Notes: generated from the sequence alone by a model not told the origin. A DNA stretch of 64,000 nt from Nitrosomonas sp. (GCF_043753625.1 NZ_JAYUWI010000118.1:4141-68140); one strand, 5' to 3'; positions 1 to 10,658 are shown, counted from the stretch's first letter. Made by a program: numbers and translations.

Positions 1-95
1 CAACGCTGGATTTAATGAAGAGCATCAAACATCTGTTCGATCCCAACAATATTCTTAATCCTGGAAAATTATTTCCTAAAACCGAGTCAATCTGA
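1..95 (+). CDS. 3' end of an FAD-linked oxidase (GlcD/D-lactate dehydrogenase-like), truncated by the window edge
   Basis: The frame from nt 3 reads TLDLMKSIKHLFDPNNILNPGKLFPKTESI*. FDPxxxLNPGK is the typical C-terminus of FAD-linked oxidases. Confidence 0.7.
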   Translation, partial: TLDLMKSIKHLFDPNNILNPGKLFPKTESI

Positions 96-186
96 GAAGT
101 GTGTTTGATTTGCGCTTGTAATATGTGACAACCACATAATCTCACATATTACAAACGCAATATTCCTGATACTTAAAACTTAAGCT

Positions 187-1080
187 CTAGAGAAAGAAGT
201 AGTGATCTACTAGTAGTGCTACGAATAGCAGCGCTAAATAGAGTATCGAATAGCGGAATGCTTCTCGCGCCAATTGATCACTATAGTTTCTGTAAATTTC
301 TACTGCGTAGTACATAAAAATTCCATTTAACACAACCGAACTTCCCAAATAAATCAGTCCACTCATTTGGGTAATATAAGGTAGTGTTGTTACAATACAC
401 AAAATGATTGTATACAACAACACATGCAATTTTGTAAATTGATCGCCATGTGTCACTGGAAGCATAGGCATTCCAATTGATGCATATTCATTTTTTCTGT
501 ATAGCGCAAGCGCCCAAAAATGAGGCGGTGTCCAGGCAAAGATAATCAAAAATAATAACAGCGCATCCGCCGTAACATCACCCGTAACTGCTGCCCAACC
601 CAACACAGGCGGCATAGCGCCTGAGGCGCCGCCTATTACGATATTCTGTGGCGTTAGCGGTTTCAGAATCACAGTATAGATTATGGCGTAGCCTACAAAA
701 GTTCCCAATGTCAACCACATAGTAAGCGAATTAACCCAGTGATACAGGATAAAAAGTCCCAACCCTCCGACAATCAATAGAAAAAATAAGGTTTCTGGAA
801 CACTTACTTTTCCTTGTGGGAGCGGCCTTCCTTTCGTTCGCGCCATAACAGCGTCCATCTTTTGTTCTACCAAGCAATTTAATGCTGCGGCAGCCCCGGC
901 TACTAACGCAATGCCAATCGTACCAAAGATCAAGATATCTAAAGGTACTGCTCCGGGTACTGCGAGAAACATTCCGATAACCGCGGTAAAAACAATCAAC
1001 GATACAACACGCGGTTTCGTTAAACGATAAAACTGATTAATACGCGTTGCTGTTTCATGCCAAGTCATACTAGTAGACAT
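187..1080 (-). CDS. cyoE: Protoheme IX farnesyltransferase (heme O synthase)
   Basis: [10 protein letters not shown]-x-x-M-x-RTKGRPL and [11 protein letters not shown] motifs; last gene of the cox cluster. Confidence 0.95.
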   Translation of the reverse strand: MSTSMTWHETATRINQFYRLTKPRVVSLIVFTAVIGMFLAVPGAVPLDILIFGTIGIALVAGAAAALNCLVEQKMDAVMARTKGRPLPQGKVSVPETLFFLLIVGGLGLFILYHWVNSLTMWLTLGTFVGYAIIYTVILKPLTPQNIVIGGASGAMPPVLGWAAVTGDVTADALLLFLIIFAWTPPHFWALALYRKNEYASIGMPMLPVTHGDQFTKLHVLLYTIILCIVTTLPYITQMSGLIYLGSSVVLNGIFMYYAVEIYRNYSDQLAREAFRYSILYLALLFVALLVDHYFFL

Positions 1081-1165
1081 GTCTTTGATCTCCTTTATTT
1101 ATTTGGATTGAATATCTTTATATTTTGATTCAATCAGGTTCTGTCCGCAAAAATACTAATTAATC

Positions 1166-1747
1166 TTAATGTTCTAATTGCGAAACATGTAACAATCGTT
1201 TTATGTCATGACCCATTTTTGTTCCATCTACGTTTTCTGGAAAACGCATCATCAAATTACCTATCGGATCAATTAGGTAGATATGTTTTGTTTGTATTTC
1301 TTTGGTTTCAATAAAACCAAGAATCTCGCTATCCTTTGCTTTAGCAAAGAATGCACCTTCGTATTGTTTAACTAATTCTGCATCTGGAATGACGTCGTCA
1401 TTAATTAGCCAAAGCCGCTCAATTCGATGTTTCTGTTTTCCCTGCACTAATCGCACTTGCCGCATAAAATATAGTTTTTGCTGACAAGCTTCGTCACAAT
1501 GCCCAGAATCTACTGTCACCAATACCCATTTTCCATGCAGATCCTTCATGCGAAGGATCGTATTATCGGCTTGGTTCGTTGCTTTTCCTGTCACTTTAAC
1601 GATCGGTATTAAATCACCATAGTGTTTACTTTCTGGTTTATAGTCCAGAAAATATAATGTATAAGAAATTACAACCGGTGCGCACATTAGCGCCAGAAGT
1701 AATAAAAATTTACGCCTATTAGACTTTTGTATTTTTTCGTTTAACAT
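1166..1747 (-). CDS. Membrane-anchored thioredoxin-like/SCO-like cytochrome oxidase assembly protein
   Basis: N-terminal TM helix, CDEAC (CxxxC) and YLIDPIGNLMMRF; located between SURF1 and cyoE. Confidence 0.75.
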   Translation of the reverse strand: MLNEKIQKSNRRKFLLLLALMCAPVVISYTLYFLDYKPESKHYGDLIPIVKVTGKATNQADNTILRMKDLHGKWVLVTVDSGHCDEACQQKLYFMRQVRLVQGKQKHRIERLWLINDDVIPDAELVKQYEGAFFAKAKDSEILGFIETKEIQTKHIYLIDPIGNLMMRFPENVDGTKMGHDIKRLLHVSQLEH

Positions 1748-2438
1748 TCAATACTAAGAAAATAATTATTGCTGTAGTTGCTAATAAAAACCATTGAACT
1801 GCATAGCCTAAATTCTTGGCAGCACCTGATTCTGGTCTATCCCAATCACGTATCAGTCCATCCTCTACATTATTCTTTTGCAATACCATCAGGGGTTGAA
1901 TTTCTTGCCCTATTTCCTCCTGATAACGCTGCAAATTAAAGTCATTCCAAACCTTACCAGCTGTTACCACTTCGGACAGCTTGAATGTCCTCAATTCTGG
2001 TGCTGCCACTAGCCCAGTTACTTTAACAACACCATTAATCTCATTAACACGCGGCAATACTGATCTATCATATCCCGTCGAAACCCAACCTCTGTTGATC
2101 ACAACCAGTAGTGCGCTATTCAAAACCTTAAGTGGGGTAATAACGTGATAGCCTGCATGACCCCGGTGAGTTTTATTATCCAGAAATATTGTGTGTTCAG
2201 AAAGAAATTCACCCTGCACTTCAACTTCTCGATACTGGAAATCTTCTAGCCTGGCCAAAGTATTTGGTAAAGTCACTGCGGGTTGCTTTGCATATTGTTC
2301 AAGAAGCTCATGCCGTGCATTTTTTTCGTCTGCGCGAGATAATTGCCACTTACCCAATTCAATGAAAATGATTACAGACACTGCCGTAACTAAAATCACC
2401 CACAGCTTTGGTTCAAAGCGGTATCCCAATACAATCAT
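1719..2438 (-). CDS. SURF1/Shy1 family cytochrome oxidase assembly protein
   Basis: LGKWQLSR, GYHVITPL, VINRGWV and YAVQWF motifs with two terminal TM helices. Confidence 0.92.
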   Translation of the reverse strand: MIVLGYRFEPKLWVILVTAVSVIIFIELGKWQLSRADEKNARHELLEQYAKQPAVTLPNTLARLEDFQYREVEVQGEFLSEHTIFLDNKTHRGHAGYHVITPLKVLNSALLVVINRGWVSTGYDRSVLPRVNEINGVVKVTGLVAAPELRTFKLSEVVTAGKVWNDFNLQRYQEEIGQEIQPLMVLQKNNVEDGLIRDWDRPESGAAKNLGYAVQWFLLATTAIIIFLVLNVKRKNTKV

Positions 2439-2563
2439 TTTCTGTCTACATAAAATTGATACTCGATTGACTGTTAATTTAAGGAAATATATATCCTATA
2501 TTTTTAGTCAACTTTAGGAGAAATATTAAGTGAATTTCTTATCTTTTAATTCATAAATAAAAA

Positions 2564-2635
2564 ATTCCAGACTTTCACACATTACTAGAGATTATTTCTT
2601 CTAGCTAAATTTATCATTAGTGCAAAATCTGGAAT
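2564..2635. terminator. Long imperfect hairpin downstream of coxC (terminator or mRNA-stabilising stem)
   Basis: ATTCCAGA (2564-2571) pairs with TCTGGAAT (2628-2635), with further partial pairing and an inner CTAGA/TCTAG stem. Confidence 0.45.
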
Positions 2636-2661
2636 CTTCTCTACTGCCTGTTTTTTTGTTT

Positions 2662-3519
2662 TTACATCAAATATACGAAAATAAACAGTCCTAACCATAC
2701 CACGTCAACAAAGTGCCAGTACCAAGCCACGCCTTCAAAGCCAAAGTGATGCTCAGGTGTAAAGTGCCCGGCTAAACTGCGGAAGTAAATAACAGTCAGC
2801 ATAATTGCACCTACAGTTACATGGAATCCATGAAAACCTGTCAGCATGAAAAAGGTTGATCCATAAGCCCCTGTAGTTAATTTAAGATTTAAGTCGCTAT
2901 AAGCATGTATATATTCATAAGCTTGACAGCCTATAAATAAAGCGCCTAAAAATATGGTTGCGAGCAACCAATTTTTGAGGGCACCACGTCTATTCTCTTT
3001 CAGTGCATGATGTGCCAAGGTACATGTTACACCAGACAACAGAAGTAGCATTGTGTTGAAAGCTGGTAAACCCCATGCGCCCATTGGAGTAAATTGTTCG
3101 TGCACTCCAGGTCCTGCAGTCGGCCATGCGCCATTATACGCAGACCAAAAACTATTTCCTAATACTGAGCTTTCTAATTCTAGCCACGGTATAGAAAAAT
3201 TTCGCATGTAAAACAATGCACCAAAGAATGCGCAGAAAAACATTACTTCAGTCAAAATAAACCAACTCATTCCCCAGCGAAAGGACATATCAACTTGTTT
3301 ATTAAATTTTCCACTTTCACTTTCTCTTGCAACAGTTCCAAACCATCCAAATAACATATAAATCAGGATGGCAAAACCTACTGCTAAAACACCAGTCCCA
3401 TACTCAATTTTATTCATGGTTAGGGCTGCGCCAGTCATAATACATAACAGCGCGGTCGATCCAATTATTGGATATGCCGATGGTGCTGGGACATAATAGT
3501 GTCCGGATTCTTGACTCAT
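2662..3519 (-). CDS. coxC: Cytochrome c oxidase subunit III
   Basis: WFILTEVMFF, FFMLTGFHGFHV and WYWHFVDVVW motifs. Confidence 0.96.
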   Translation of the reverse strand: MSQESGHYYVPAPSAYPIIGSTALLCIMTGAALTMNKIEYGTGVLAVGFAILIYMLFGWFGTVARESESGKFNKQVDMSFRWGMSWFILTEVMFFCAFFGALFYMRNFSIPWLELESSVLGNSFWSAYNGAWPTAGPGVHEQFTPMGAWGLPAFNTMLLLLSGVTCTLAHHALKENRRGALKNWLLATIFLGALFIGCQAYEYIHAYSDLNLKLTTGAYGSTFFMLTGFHGFHVTVGAIMLTVIYFRSLAGHFTPEHHFGFEGVAWYWHFVDVVWLGLFIFVYLM

Positions 3520-3546
3520 TCTTATCTCCTCCTACTTATGATTTAT

Positions 3547-3759
3547 TTAATTTCTAACAACCAATTGAACTAATAACAAAACACAGATTACAAATACCAA
3601 GCCTCCAATAATCCCGCCTATGACAACATGAACTGGCTTCAATGTTGCAGCATCATTCTCAAGATCACTCTTTGTGCGGATTCCCATAAATGCGGCCATG
3701 ACAGCTTTAGCAATCTGCCAAATACTAACGCTACTTTGTTTTTCAGTAATCTTATTCAC
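3547..3759 (-). CDS. DUF2970-like small membrane protein (start reassigned to GTG 3759)
   Basis: KAVMAAFMGIR..DLEND..LKPVHVVIGGII pattern; GGAGG RBS directly before GTG, 10 nt after the ctaG stop. Confidence 0.8.
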   Translation of the reverse strand: MNKITEKQSSVSIWQIAKAVMAAFMGIRTKSDLENDAATLKPVHVVIGGIIGGLVFVICVLLLVQLVVRN

Positions 3760-3769
3760 TTCCTCCGCC

Positions 3770-4315
3770 TCATTTTGTAGCCACGCTTCCACTACCGGGT
3801 AATTCAAAGAAAGTATATGAAATAGTCACCGTGTTTATCTCTGGTGGCAATCCAGGTTCAATTACGAATTGCACTGGCATTTGTCTAGTCTCATATGGCT
3901 TAAGCACTTGCTTCGTAAAACAAAAACATTCAAATTTTTTCAAATGTTTATCCAGAAAACGTGGGCTGTAACTGGGTATTGCCTGCCCATTTATTTCACG
4001 GTCTGAATTATTAGTAATTTCGTACATCACACTGATTGCCTCACCTGGATGAATACGAGCGCTGGATTGCAGTGGTCTAAATTGCCAAGGCAATCCTCGT
4101 GTGTTGGCATCAAATTCAACTGTAATCCAACGCGCTTCATCCACCCAGTTTTCTTTAATCAGAACATCCGGTTTTAGCAGATTATTAATTCCAGTTACTT
4201 CGCAAAATTTCTCATAAAATGGCACAAGCGCATAACCAAAAGCAAACATAATTAATGTGAAAACCAATAACTTTTTCAACATTGCTACATTGGCTTTTAG
4301 TAGGCTAGTTACCAT
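3770..4315 (-). CDS. ctaG: Cytochrome c oxidase assembly protein CtaG/Cox11
   Basis: YEKFCEVTGIN and copper-binding KFECFCF motifs. Confidence 0.94.
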   Translation of the reverse strand: MVTSLLKANVAMLKKLLVFTLIMFAFGYALVPFYEKFCEVTGINNLLKPDVLIKENWVDEARWITVEFDANTRGLPWQFRPLQSSARIHPGEAISVMYEITNNSDREINGQAIPSYSPRFLDKHLKKFECFCFTKQVLKPYETRQMPVQFVIEPGLPPEINTVTISYTFFELPGSGSVATK

Positions 4316-4416
4316 TGTTTGAAAATAACCGTTAAATAAATTGCTACCACCATAATCAACAGAAAAATGGCTGTTATTTTAGCCTTCTTGTGCTTAATTT
4401 CCGTTTCTTGTGACAT
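4309..4416 (-). CDS. 35-aa single-TM protein between coxA and ctaG (not in the ORF track)
   Basis: MSQETEIKHKKAKITAIFLLIMVVAIYLTVIFKQW*; fills the coxA-ctaG gap and its stop overlaps the ctaG ATG (CAATGGTAA). Confidence 0.7.
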   Translation of the reverse strand: MSQETEIKHKKAKITAIFLLIMVVAIYLTVIFKQW

Positions 4417-4433
4417 ACATTTCTCGCCTGCCT

Positions 4434-6020
4434 TTATTTAATAACTGGTGGTGTTTCAAAGGTATGGTATGGCGCTGGTGATGGTAAATGCGTCCATTCC
4501 AATGTTGTTGCACCATCCCATGGCATCTGCGAGGCTTTTTCACCCTTACGTATACAATCAATCACGAGGTAAAGGAAAAGAAGCTGCGTTAGTCCAAATC
4601 CAAAGGCACCGAGACTAGAAATCATATTAAAATCTGCGAATTGTAGATTGTAATCCGGGACTCTACGCGGCATACCAGCCAATCCTAAGAAATGCTGAAC
4701 AAAGAATGTCATGTTAAAGAAAAACATCGATAGCCAGAAATGCCATTTGCCGAGCGTTTCACTGTACATATGGCCGGTCCATTTTGGAATCCAATAATAT
4801 ACCCCAGCAAATAAGGCAAATAAGGCACCTGACACGAGAACATAGTGGAAATGGGCAATTACATAGTATGTATCCTGTACTTGAATATCAATAGGAACAA
4901 TTGCGCAAATCACACCACTAAAACCACCGATTACAAACAAGAAAATAAACCCGATTGAAAATAACATCGGTGTTTCAAATGTCATTGAACCGCGCCACAT
5001 CGTGGCTGTCCAGTTAAACACTTTAACCGCTGTTGGCACAGCAATCAACATTGTCGCGTACATAAAGAATAGCTGACCAACTGCTGGCATCCCTGCTGTA
5101 AACATATGATGCGCCCATACAACACAAGATAAAATCGCGATTGATGCCGTAGCATAAACCATTGATGAATAACCAAATAATGGCTTTCTTGAAAAAGTTG
5201 GAATTATTTCAGAAACAATACCAAAAGCTGGCAAAATCATGATATAAACTTCTGGGTGCCCAAAAAACCAGAAAATATGCTGAAACAGTACTGGGTCACC
5301 CCCGCCAGCTGCATTGAAGAAGCTTGTACCAAAATGACGATCTGTCAACAACATAGTTACGACACCAGCCAAAACCGGCATCACCAAAACCAGCAAATAG
5401 GCAGTGATCAACCATGTCCATACAAACATTGGCATCTTCATCAATGTCATCCCTGGTGCACGCATATTTAAAATGGTCGTAATGATATTAATTGAGCCCA
5501 TAATTGAGGAAGCACCCAATACATGAACTGAAAAAATCATTAGATCCACACCCAGACCACCTTGGGTTGAAAGTGGTGGATAAAATGTCCAACCACCTGC
5601 TGCTGCACCACCCGGTACAAAAAATGAACCAATCAACATAGTAGCCGCCACTGGCAGCAACCAGAAACTCCAGTTATTCATCCGAGCAAAAGCCATATCC
5701 GGCGCACCAATCATCATCGGCACTTGCCAGTTAGCAAAACCCACGAAAGCCGGCATAATGGCACCAAACACCATTATCAACCCATGCAATGTCGTAAATT
5801 GATTGAATAACTCAGGCTCTAAAATTTGTATGCCGGGCTGATATAGCTCCGCGCGAATCCCCATGGCCAAAAAGCCACCCACCATAAACATAGTAAAACT
5901 AAACCAAAGATACATCGTACCAATGTCTTTATGATTAGTCGTTTTAACCCAACGCATAATACCGCTGGGATGATGATCATCATGTTCGTGACCATGCTCG
6001 TCACCGTGTACTGCTGCCAT
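4434..6020 (-). CDS. coxA: Cytochrome c oxidase subunit I (A-family heme-copper oxidase)
   Basis: TTNHKDIG, WFFGHPEVYI, WAHHM and AHFHY ligand motifs. Confidence 0.97.
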   Translation of the reverse strand: MAAVHGDEHGHEHDDHHPSGIMRWVKTTNHKDIGTMYLWFSFTMFMVGGFLAMGIRAELYQPGIQILEPELFNQFTTLHGLIMVFGAIMPAFVGFANWQVPMMIGAPDMAFARMNNWSFWLLPVAATMLIGSFFVPGGAAAGGWTFYPPLSTQGGLGVDLMIFSVHVLGASSIMGSINIITTILNMRAPGMTLMKMPMFVWTWLITAYLLVLVMPVLAGVVTMLLTDRHFGTSFFNAAGGGDPVLFQHIFWFFGHPEVYIMILPAFGIVSEIIPTFSRKPLFGYSSMVYATASIAILSCVVWAHHMFTAGMPAVGQLFFMYATMLIAVPTAVKVFNWTATMWRGSMTFETPMLFSIGFIFLFVIGGFSGVICAIVPIDIQVQDTYYVIAHFHYVLVSGALFALFAGVYYWIPKWTGHMYSETLGKWHFWLSMFFFNMTFFVQHFLGLAGMPRRVPDYNLQFADFNMISSLGAFGFGLTQLLFLYLVIDCIRKGEKASQMPWDGATTLEWTHLPSPAPYHTFETPPVIK

Positions 6021-6032
6021 AGTTATCTCCTT

Positions 6033-6854
6033 TTACTTATTTTCGATATGCATTGATGTCTTGATTGTAGCTGATTTTGTTTGCTCAGCTACCCATTGCG
6101 CATAATCATTTGCCGCCATCACCTCAACCACAATCGGCATATATCCATGATCTTTGCCACACAATTCAGAACACTGTCCACGATAAATTCCTGGATTATC
6201 TGCTGTAAACCATGTATCCCGAATAAAGCCTGGGATAGCGTCCTGCTTAACACCCAACGCCGGTACAGACCAAGCATGAAGCACATCATTTGCCGTAATA
6301 ATAACGCGCACCTTTTTACCTACCGGCACAACGACACGATTATCTACTTCTAATAAATAATTCTCACCTTTTGGTTCTTTATTCTCGATCTGAGCTCGTG
6401 GTGTAGATAATTTACTATAAAAACTAATCCCTTCACCTTCGCCCTGCAAATAATCATACCCCCACATCCACTGATAACCTGTTGCCTTGATGGTTATATC
6501 AGGACCTGATGTGTCCTTCATTGCAATAATCGTTTTAGTTGCAGGTAATGCCATAACCACAAGAATAATACAAGGTATTATTGTCCAGACTACTTCTACT
6601 GTTGTGCTGTGATGAAAATTTGCCGCTTTGTGTCCCACAGACTTGCGATGCTTTAGTATGGAATAAAACATGACACCAAACACTGCAATAAAAATAGCCA
6701 AACATATCCACAAAAGCGCTATATGTTGGTCATAAGTTTCTCTTGCAATTATGCTCTGCGGTTCTGGAAAATTATATTTAGATCCAACCGCCAAGCTAGA
6801 ATACAAAGCGAGAGTGGATACCCCCGCTAGGGTTGCTACTAATTTACTTCTCAT
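6033..6854 (-). CDS. coxB: Cytochrome c oxidase subunit II (start reassigned to ATG 6854)
   Basis: DVLHAW and the CuA motif CSELCGKDHGYM; G-rich RBS before MRSKL. Confidence 0.96.
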   Translation of the reverse strand: MRSKLVATLAGVSTLALYSSLAVGSKYNFPEPQSIIARETYDQHIALLWICLAIFIAVFGVMFYSILKHRKSVGHKAANFHHSTTVEVVWTIIPCIILVVMALPATKTIIAMKDTSGPDITIKATGYQWMWGYDYLQGEGEGISFYSKLSTPRAQIENKEPKGENYLLEVDNRVVVPVGKKVRVIITANDVLHAWSVPALGVKQDAIPGFIRDTWFTADNPGIYRGQCSELCGKDHGYMPIVVEVMAANDYAQWVAEQTKSATIKTSMHIENK

Positions 6855-7466
6855 ACTCCCACCCCCCACATGATTACTAATTACACAGATTTCAGGTACG
6901 ACTACGACCGCCACACCTGAACGTCTTACCTTTGTTTAGCCAGCTTACGAAAGTCATTCGCCAAAATCCTATTTTGTTAAAACCATACCATTATTGACGA
7001 TAGTTACATTTCCATGGCCGAATTTCCATATTATCCGCAACTTAGATTTTCTTAGTTATAGAATCTTCTACATGCTAATTAATCGAATGGAAATTCTAGC
7101 ACGCCACCGCTGCCCTAACAAGGAAAAATCATGATTTCTATAGCAATATCCCCCTGCTTATAAAATGGTATTTTTGTTTTAGCACGCCTAAATAGCATTG
7201 TTGGGATACAGAATTCACCTCTTACTTTCTTCAGTGGATTTCGACATTCTCAGCTAAGTATAACTTTCACGTTTCAGCATCAAGTTTGACCTCTCGCTGA
7301 AAGTTCACCACTGCAGTCATTTAAGGTATACAGACATACTTAATATTCCAAACTGCAAAGCGACTTATTTAATGTGTATGATGCTCATTGAACATTAAAT
7401 CTAACTGAGATGAGTCTACTAAAAATAAATTTTCTCTTAGATGCTTATCAGCGCAGAAAATCTGCA

Positions 7467-7646
7467 TCACACTAATTTAACCAAAAGCATAATAAATAAA
7501 AAAACAACAACGACGGGAATAACAAAACTCATCCAATCCGCCGATGTGCTCTTTGAGCTATTCCTCATCATATCCCGGGTAGCTGGTAACAGGATAATAA
7601 TAAACATCACTAGCGCCAAAGCAGAAACAATTTCCATCCAGTCCAT
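7467..7646 (-). CDS. 59-aa two-TM small membrane protein (below the ORF-track cutoff)
   Basis: MDWMEIVSALALVMFIIILLPATRDMMRNSSKSTSADWMSFVIPVVVVFLFIMLLVKLV*; preceded by AGGAAGAGGG. The + strand track ORF 7441-7662 is its shadow. Confidence 0.75.
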   Translation of the reverse strand: MDWMEIVSALALVMFIIILLPATRDMMRNSSKSTSADWMSFVIPVVVVFLFIMLLVKLV

Positions 7647-7695
7647 ATCGCCCTCTTCCTGAATGTCTTCTTCTACAAAACCCTTTTGTCCAAAA

Positions 7696-7722
7696 CAAAA
7701 CCCCGGTTTAACCGGGGTTTTG
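7696..7722. terminator. Intrinsic terminator after yccA
   Basis: CAAAACCCCGGTT-T-AACCGGGGTTTTG perfect stem with A/T tails. Confidence 0.8.
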
Positions 7723-7746
7723 AGTATTCATTCCTTTCACCGGAAA

Positions 7747-8418
7747 TTAATCGTCATTTCCCATAATACCCAATATTTGTAGCAAGCTAATGAAAATATT
7801 GAATATCGTCATGTACAAGCCAATGGTTGCCAACACATAGTTAGTTTCACCACCGTGAATAATGCGACTGGTGTCATACAAGATAAAACCGCTCATAATC
7901 ATGATGACTAAAGCTGATATCATCAATGACATGGCTGGTATCTGCAGGAATATATTTGCTAGTGCTGCCAATAGCACCAAAAGAAACCCCACCATTAAAA
8001 AGCCACCCAGAAAACTGAAGTCTTTTCGTGTAGCCAGTGCATATGCTGACAATCCCATAAATATGACCCCTGTGCCCCCTAACGACAACGTAATGATATT
8101 TCCACCATTAGGCAATGAAGCATACATACTTAGTATTGGTCCCAATCCAAATCCCAGCATCCCTGTAATGAGAAAAACAATTCCTATACCGGCTGATGAG
8201 TTAGCAAAACGAGGTAGAACAAACATGGCGATCACCATACCGCCAATAACAGAGATCATATAAGTCATCGGTGGCATATTCATGAACATTGAAAGTGCAG
8301 CAGTGAGGCCGCTGAACAATAATGTCAGGGATAAAAGCATATATGTACTGCGTAACACTTTGTTTGTCGCAATAGCCGACGATGATCTTTGAGCAACTGT
8401 TGAGTAATTTTGATCCAT
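7747..8418 (-). CDS. yccA: Bax inhibitor-1/YccA family membrane protein
   Basis: NKVLRSTYMLL, TRKDFSFLGGFL and GFILYDTSRIIHGGETNY; seven hydrophobic segments. Confidence 0.9.
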   Translation of the reverse strand: MDQNYSTVAQRSSSAIATNKVLRSTYMLLSLTLLFSGLTAALSMFMNMPPMTYMISVIGGMVIAMFVLPRFANSSAGIGIVFLITGMLGFGLGPILSMYASLPNGGNIITLSLGGTGVIFMGLSAYALATRKDFSFLGGFLMVGFLLVLLAALANIFLQIPAMSLMISALVIMIMSGFILYDTSRIIHGGETNYVLATIGLYMTIFNIFISLLQILGIMGNDD

Positions 8419-8536
8419 AATAAAATGCCTCCACTATAAAATTAATACAAGACTATTCTAACGACAAATAAGACTATAATAACGCAGATATAGTTCAAGG
8501 CATAATACCATGAATTATACTGATCTATTAATTACC

Positions 8537-8977
8537 CTATACTTTGGTAACTTTTGCTAATGTAAAGTTATAAACAAGAAAGAACCCACCTCGTTCTAAC
8601 AAAGTGATATTCATATTTACTGACCCCGCATCAAATTTTGCAATGCCTGAATAATTGATGCGCTTCTCACCCACAAGTGAAAATGCACTGGCTGTGCGCG
8701 AAAAATTAAGCTCTTCAATAGACTGAAATCGGCCAAAATCACGATATAGATTCATCAATTTATCCAGCTGTTCGTCACTCACTGTTTGCTTAGCTTCTGG
8801 TGCCAAATGAGTCAGCAGCACTTGCTTATCCCAGCCAGATATTTCAGTCAGTATCCTGGCAACAGCAGGTTCTGCACTCTTACTGTAATAATCTTTTTCT
8901 CGATTGGTATAAAAATACAGGATAACGACCAATGTAAGTAATACAGCTATGATGATGCGTAATGTTTGAATTTGCAT
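8537..8977 (-). CDS. Hypothetical membrane-anchored protein (possible NTF2-like/DUF3887-like fold)
   Basis: Long ORF with an N-terminal TM anchor; ATG 8977 is preferred because it avoids overlap with ruvB. Confidence 0.6.
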   Translation of the reverse strand: MQIQTLRIIIAVLLTLVVILYFYTNREKDYYSKSAEPAVARILTEISGWDKQVLLTHLAPEAKQTVSDEQLDKLMNLYRDFGRFQSIEELNFSRTASAFSLVGEKRINYSGIAKFDAGSVNMNITLLERGGFFLVYNFTLAKVTKV

Positions 8978-9002
8978 AAGTCGTGAACGATAAGATGATT
9001 GA

Positions 9003-10049
9003 TTATAAGTTATTCTCTTCCCAGAAAGCGCCATTTAACCCATTTCTCGGCAAAGCGATGCCAAAATGCTGATAGGTCGCTGTTGTTGCCATACGCCCCC
9101 TTGGCGTACGCTTCAAGAATCCTTGCTGAATCAAATAAGGTTCTAGCACATCTTCAATTGTGTCACGTTCTTCACTAATTGCCGCTGCGAGATTATCCAC
9201 ACCAACTGGCCCCCCACTAAATTTTTCTATTACAGCCAACAACAACTTTCGATCCATGATATCCAACCCGATTGCATCCACATCCAACATGCTTAAAGCT
9301 GCATCGGCTACTGCATGAGTCACATGCCCATCAGCTTTAACTTCAGCAAAATCACGCACACGACGCAGTAATCGATTAACAATCCGTGGCGTACCGCGCG
9401 AGCGACGCGCAATTTCAAATGCACCGTCGGGTGATATTTCCACTTTCAATAGCCCAGCAGATCGGATGACAATTTTGCAAAGCTCTTCCGGCGTGTAAAA
9501 TTCCAATCGCGAAACAATACCGAAACGATCGCGCAATGGGTTAGTAAGCATACCTGCGCGTGTAGTAGCGCCGACCAGAGTAAATGCGGGCAAATCCAAT
9601 TTCACAGAACGTGCAGCTGGTCCCTCACCAATCATAATATCAAGTTGGTAATCTTCCAGCGCCGGATAAAGTATCTCCTCGACCATCGGAGACAGGCGAT
9701 GTATTTCATCAATAAATAAAACATCATTAGGTTCCAGGTTTGTGAGCAAAGCTGCCAGGTCACCCGGACGTTCTAAAACCGGACCAGATGTTTGGCGCAA
9801 ATTAACACCCATTTCTCTGGCAATGATATGTGCAAGTGTAGTTTTACCTAAACCTGGCGGACCGAATAACAAAACATGATCAAGCGCTTCATGGCGATTT
9901 CTTGCTGCTTCAATGAATATCTGCAGTTGCCCACGAATCTTTTCCTGACCGACATATTCTTCCAGTTGTTTTGGGCGTAGCGCCCGTTCCAGAATTTCTT
10001 CCTGGGATGATGCAGGTGCTGCGGCAACAAGTCGATCTGTTTCAATCAT
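9003..10049 (-). CDS. ruvB: Holliday junction branch migration ATPase RuvB
   Basis: [12 protein letters not shown], Walker [17 protein letters not shown] and SRGTPR. Confidence 0.98.
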   Translation of the reverse strand: MIETDRLVAAAPASSQEEILERALRPKQLEEYVGQEKIRGQLQIFIEAARNRHEALDHVLLFGPPGLGKTTLAHIIAREMGVNLRQTSGPVLERPGDLAALLTNLEPNDVLFIDEIHRLSPMVEEILYPALEDYQLDIMIGEGPAARSVKLDLPAFTLVGATTRAGMLTNPLRDRFGIVSRLEFYTPEELCKIVIRSAGLLKVEISPDGAFEIARRSRGTPRIVNRLLRRVRDFAEVKADGHVTHAVADAALSMLDVDAIGLDIMDRKLLLAVIEKFSGGPVGVDNLAAAISEERDTIEDVLEPYLIQQGFLKRTPRGRMATTATYQHFGIALPRNGLNGAFWEENNL

Positions 10050-10073
10050 TCATTAGCCCAAGTTACTTTCTTG

Positions 10074-10658
10074 TTACTTTTCCTTAGATAATAGTTGCAA
10101 TGCTTGCCGTATGCCATCGGACACGGTTGCATTAGACGCTATTTTCTTGATGGCCCAATCTGCTTCCCTGTCATTATAACCTAGTGATAACAATGCATTG
10201 AGTATGTCACTGTCATTAGTTGGCGTAGATGGGCTCTGATCTAAATTGATCCCTGTAGTGCCCAGCTTATCCCGCAACTCCAGCAGTAAGCGCTCAGCCG
10301 TTTTTTTCCCGATACCGGGCACTCGGATGAGTCGTGTACTATCCTGATCTTCCACAGCACGATACAAATCAGGCACACTCAAACCTGATAAAAGAGCCAA
10401 CGCAGTTCTTGCACCTACACCCGAAATTTTTATCAGCTGGCGAAAAGTCTGGCGCTCAGATTCCGTTGCAAAACCAAACAACAAATGCATATCTTCACGT
10501 ATCACAAGATGCGTATACAATGTTGCTTGCACACCGATCGCCGGAAGGTCATAAAAAGTACTCATTGGCACATCTATTTCATAACCAATACCCCGCACAT
10601 CCAACAGTACTTGCGGGGGGCGCTTTTCGAGCAAAATTCCGGTTAATCGCCCTATCAT
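10074..10658 (-). CDS. ruvA: Holliday junction DNA-binding protein RuvA (start reassigned to ATG 10658)
   Basis: MIGRLTG start, [10 protein letters not shown] and [12 protein letters not shown] HhH motifs; ATGA overlap with the ruvC stop. Confidence 0.97.
   Translation of the reverse strand: MIGRLTGILLEKRPPQVLLDVRGIGYEIDVPMSTFYDLPAIGVQATLYTHLVIREDMHLLFGFATESERQTFRQLIKISGVGARTALALLSGLSVPDLYRAVEDQDSTRLIRVPGIGKKTAERLLLELRDKLGTTGINLDQSPSTPTNDSDILNALLSLGYNDREADWAIKKIASNATVSDGIRQALQLLSKEK

Noticed and set aside
7058-7070. 13-mer ATAGAATCTTCTA shared with 23886-23898 as a possible regulator site
   Set aside because: An AT-rich 13-mer match between intergenic regions is plausible by chance; only two copies.
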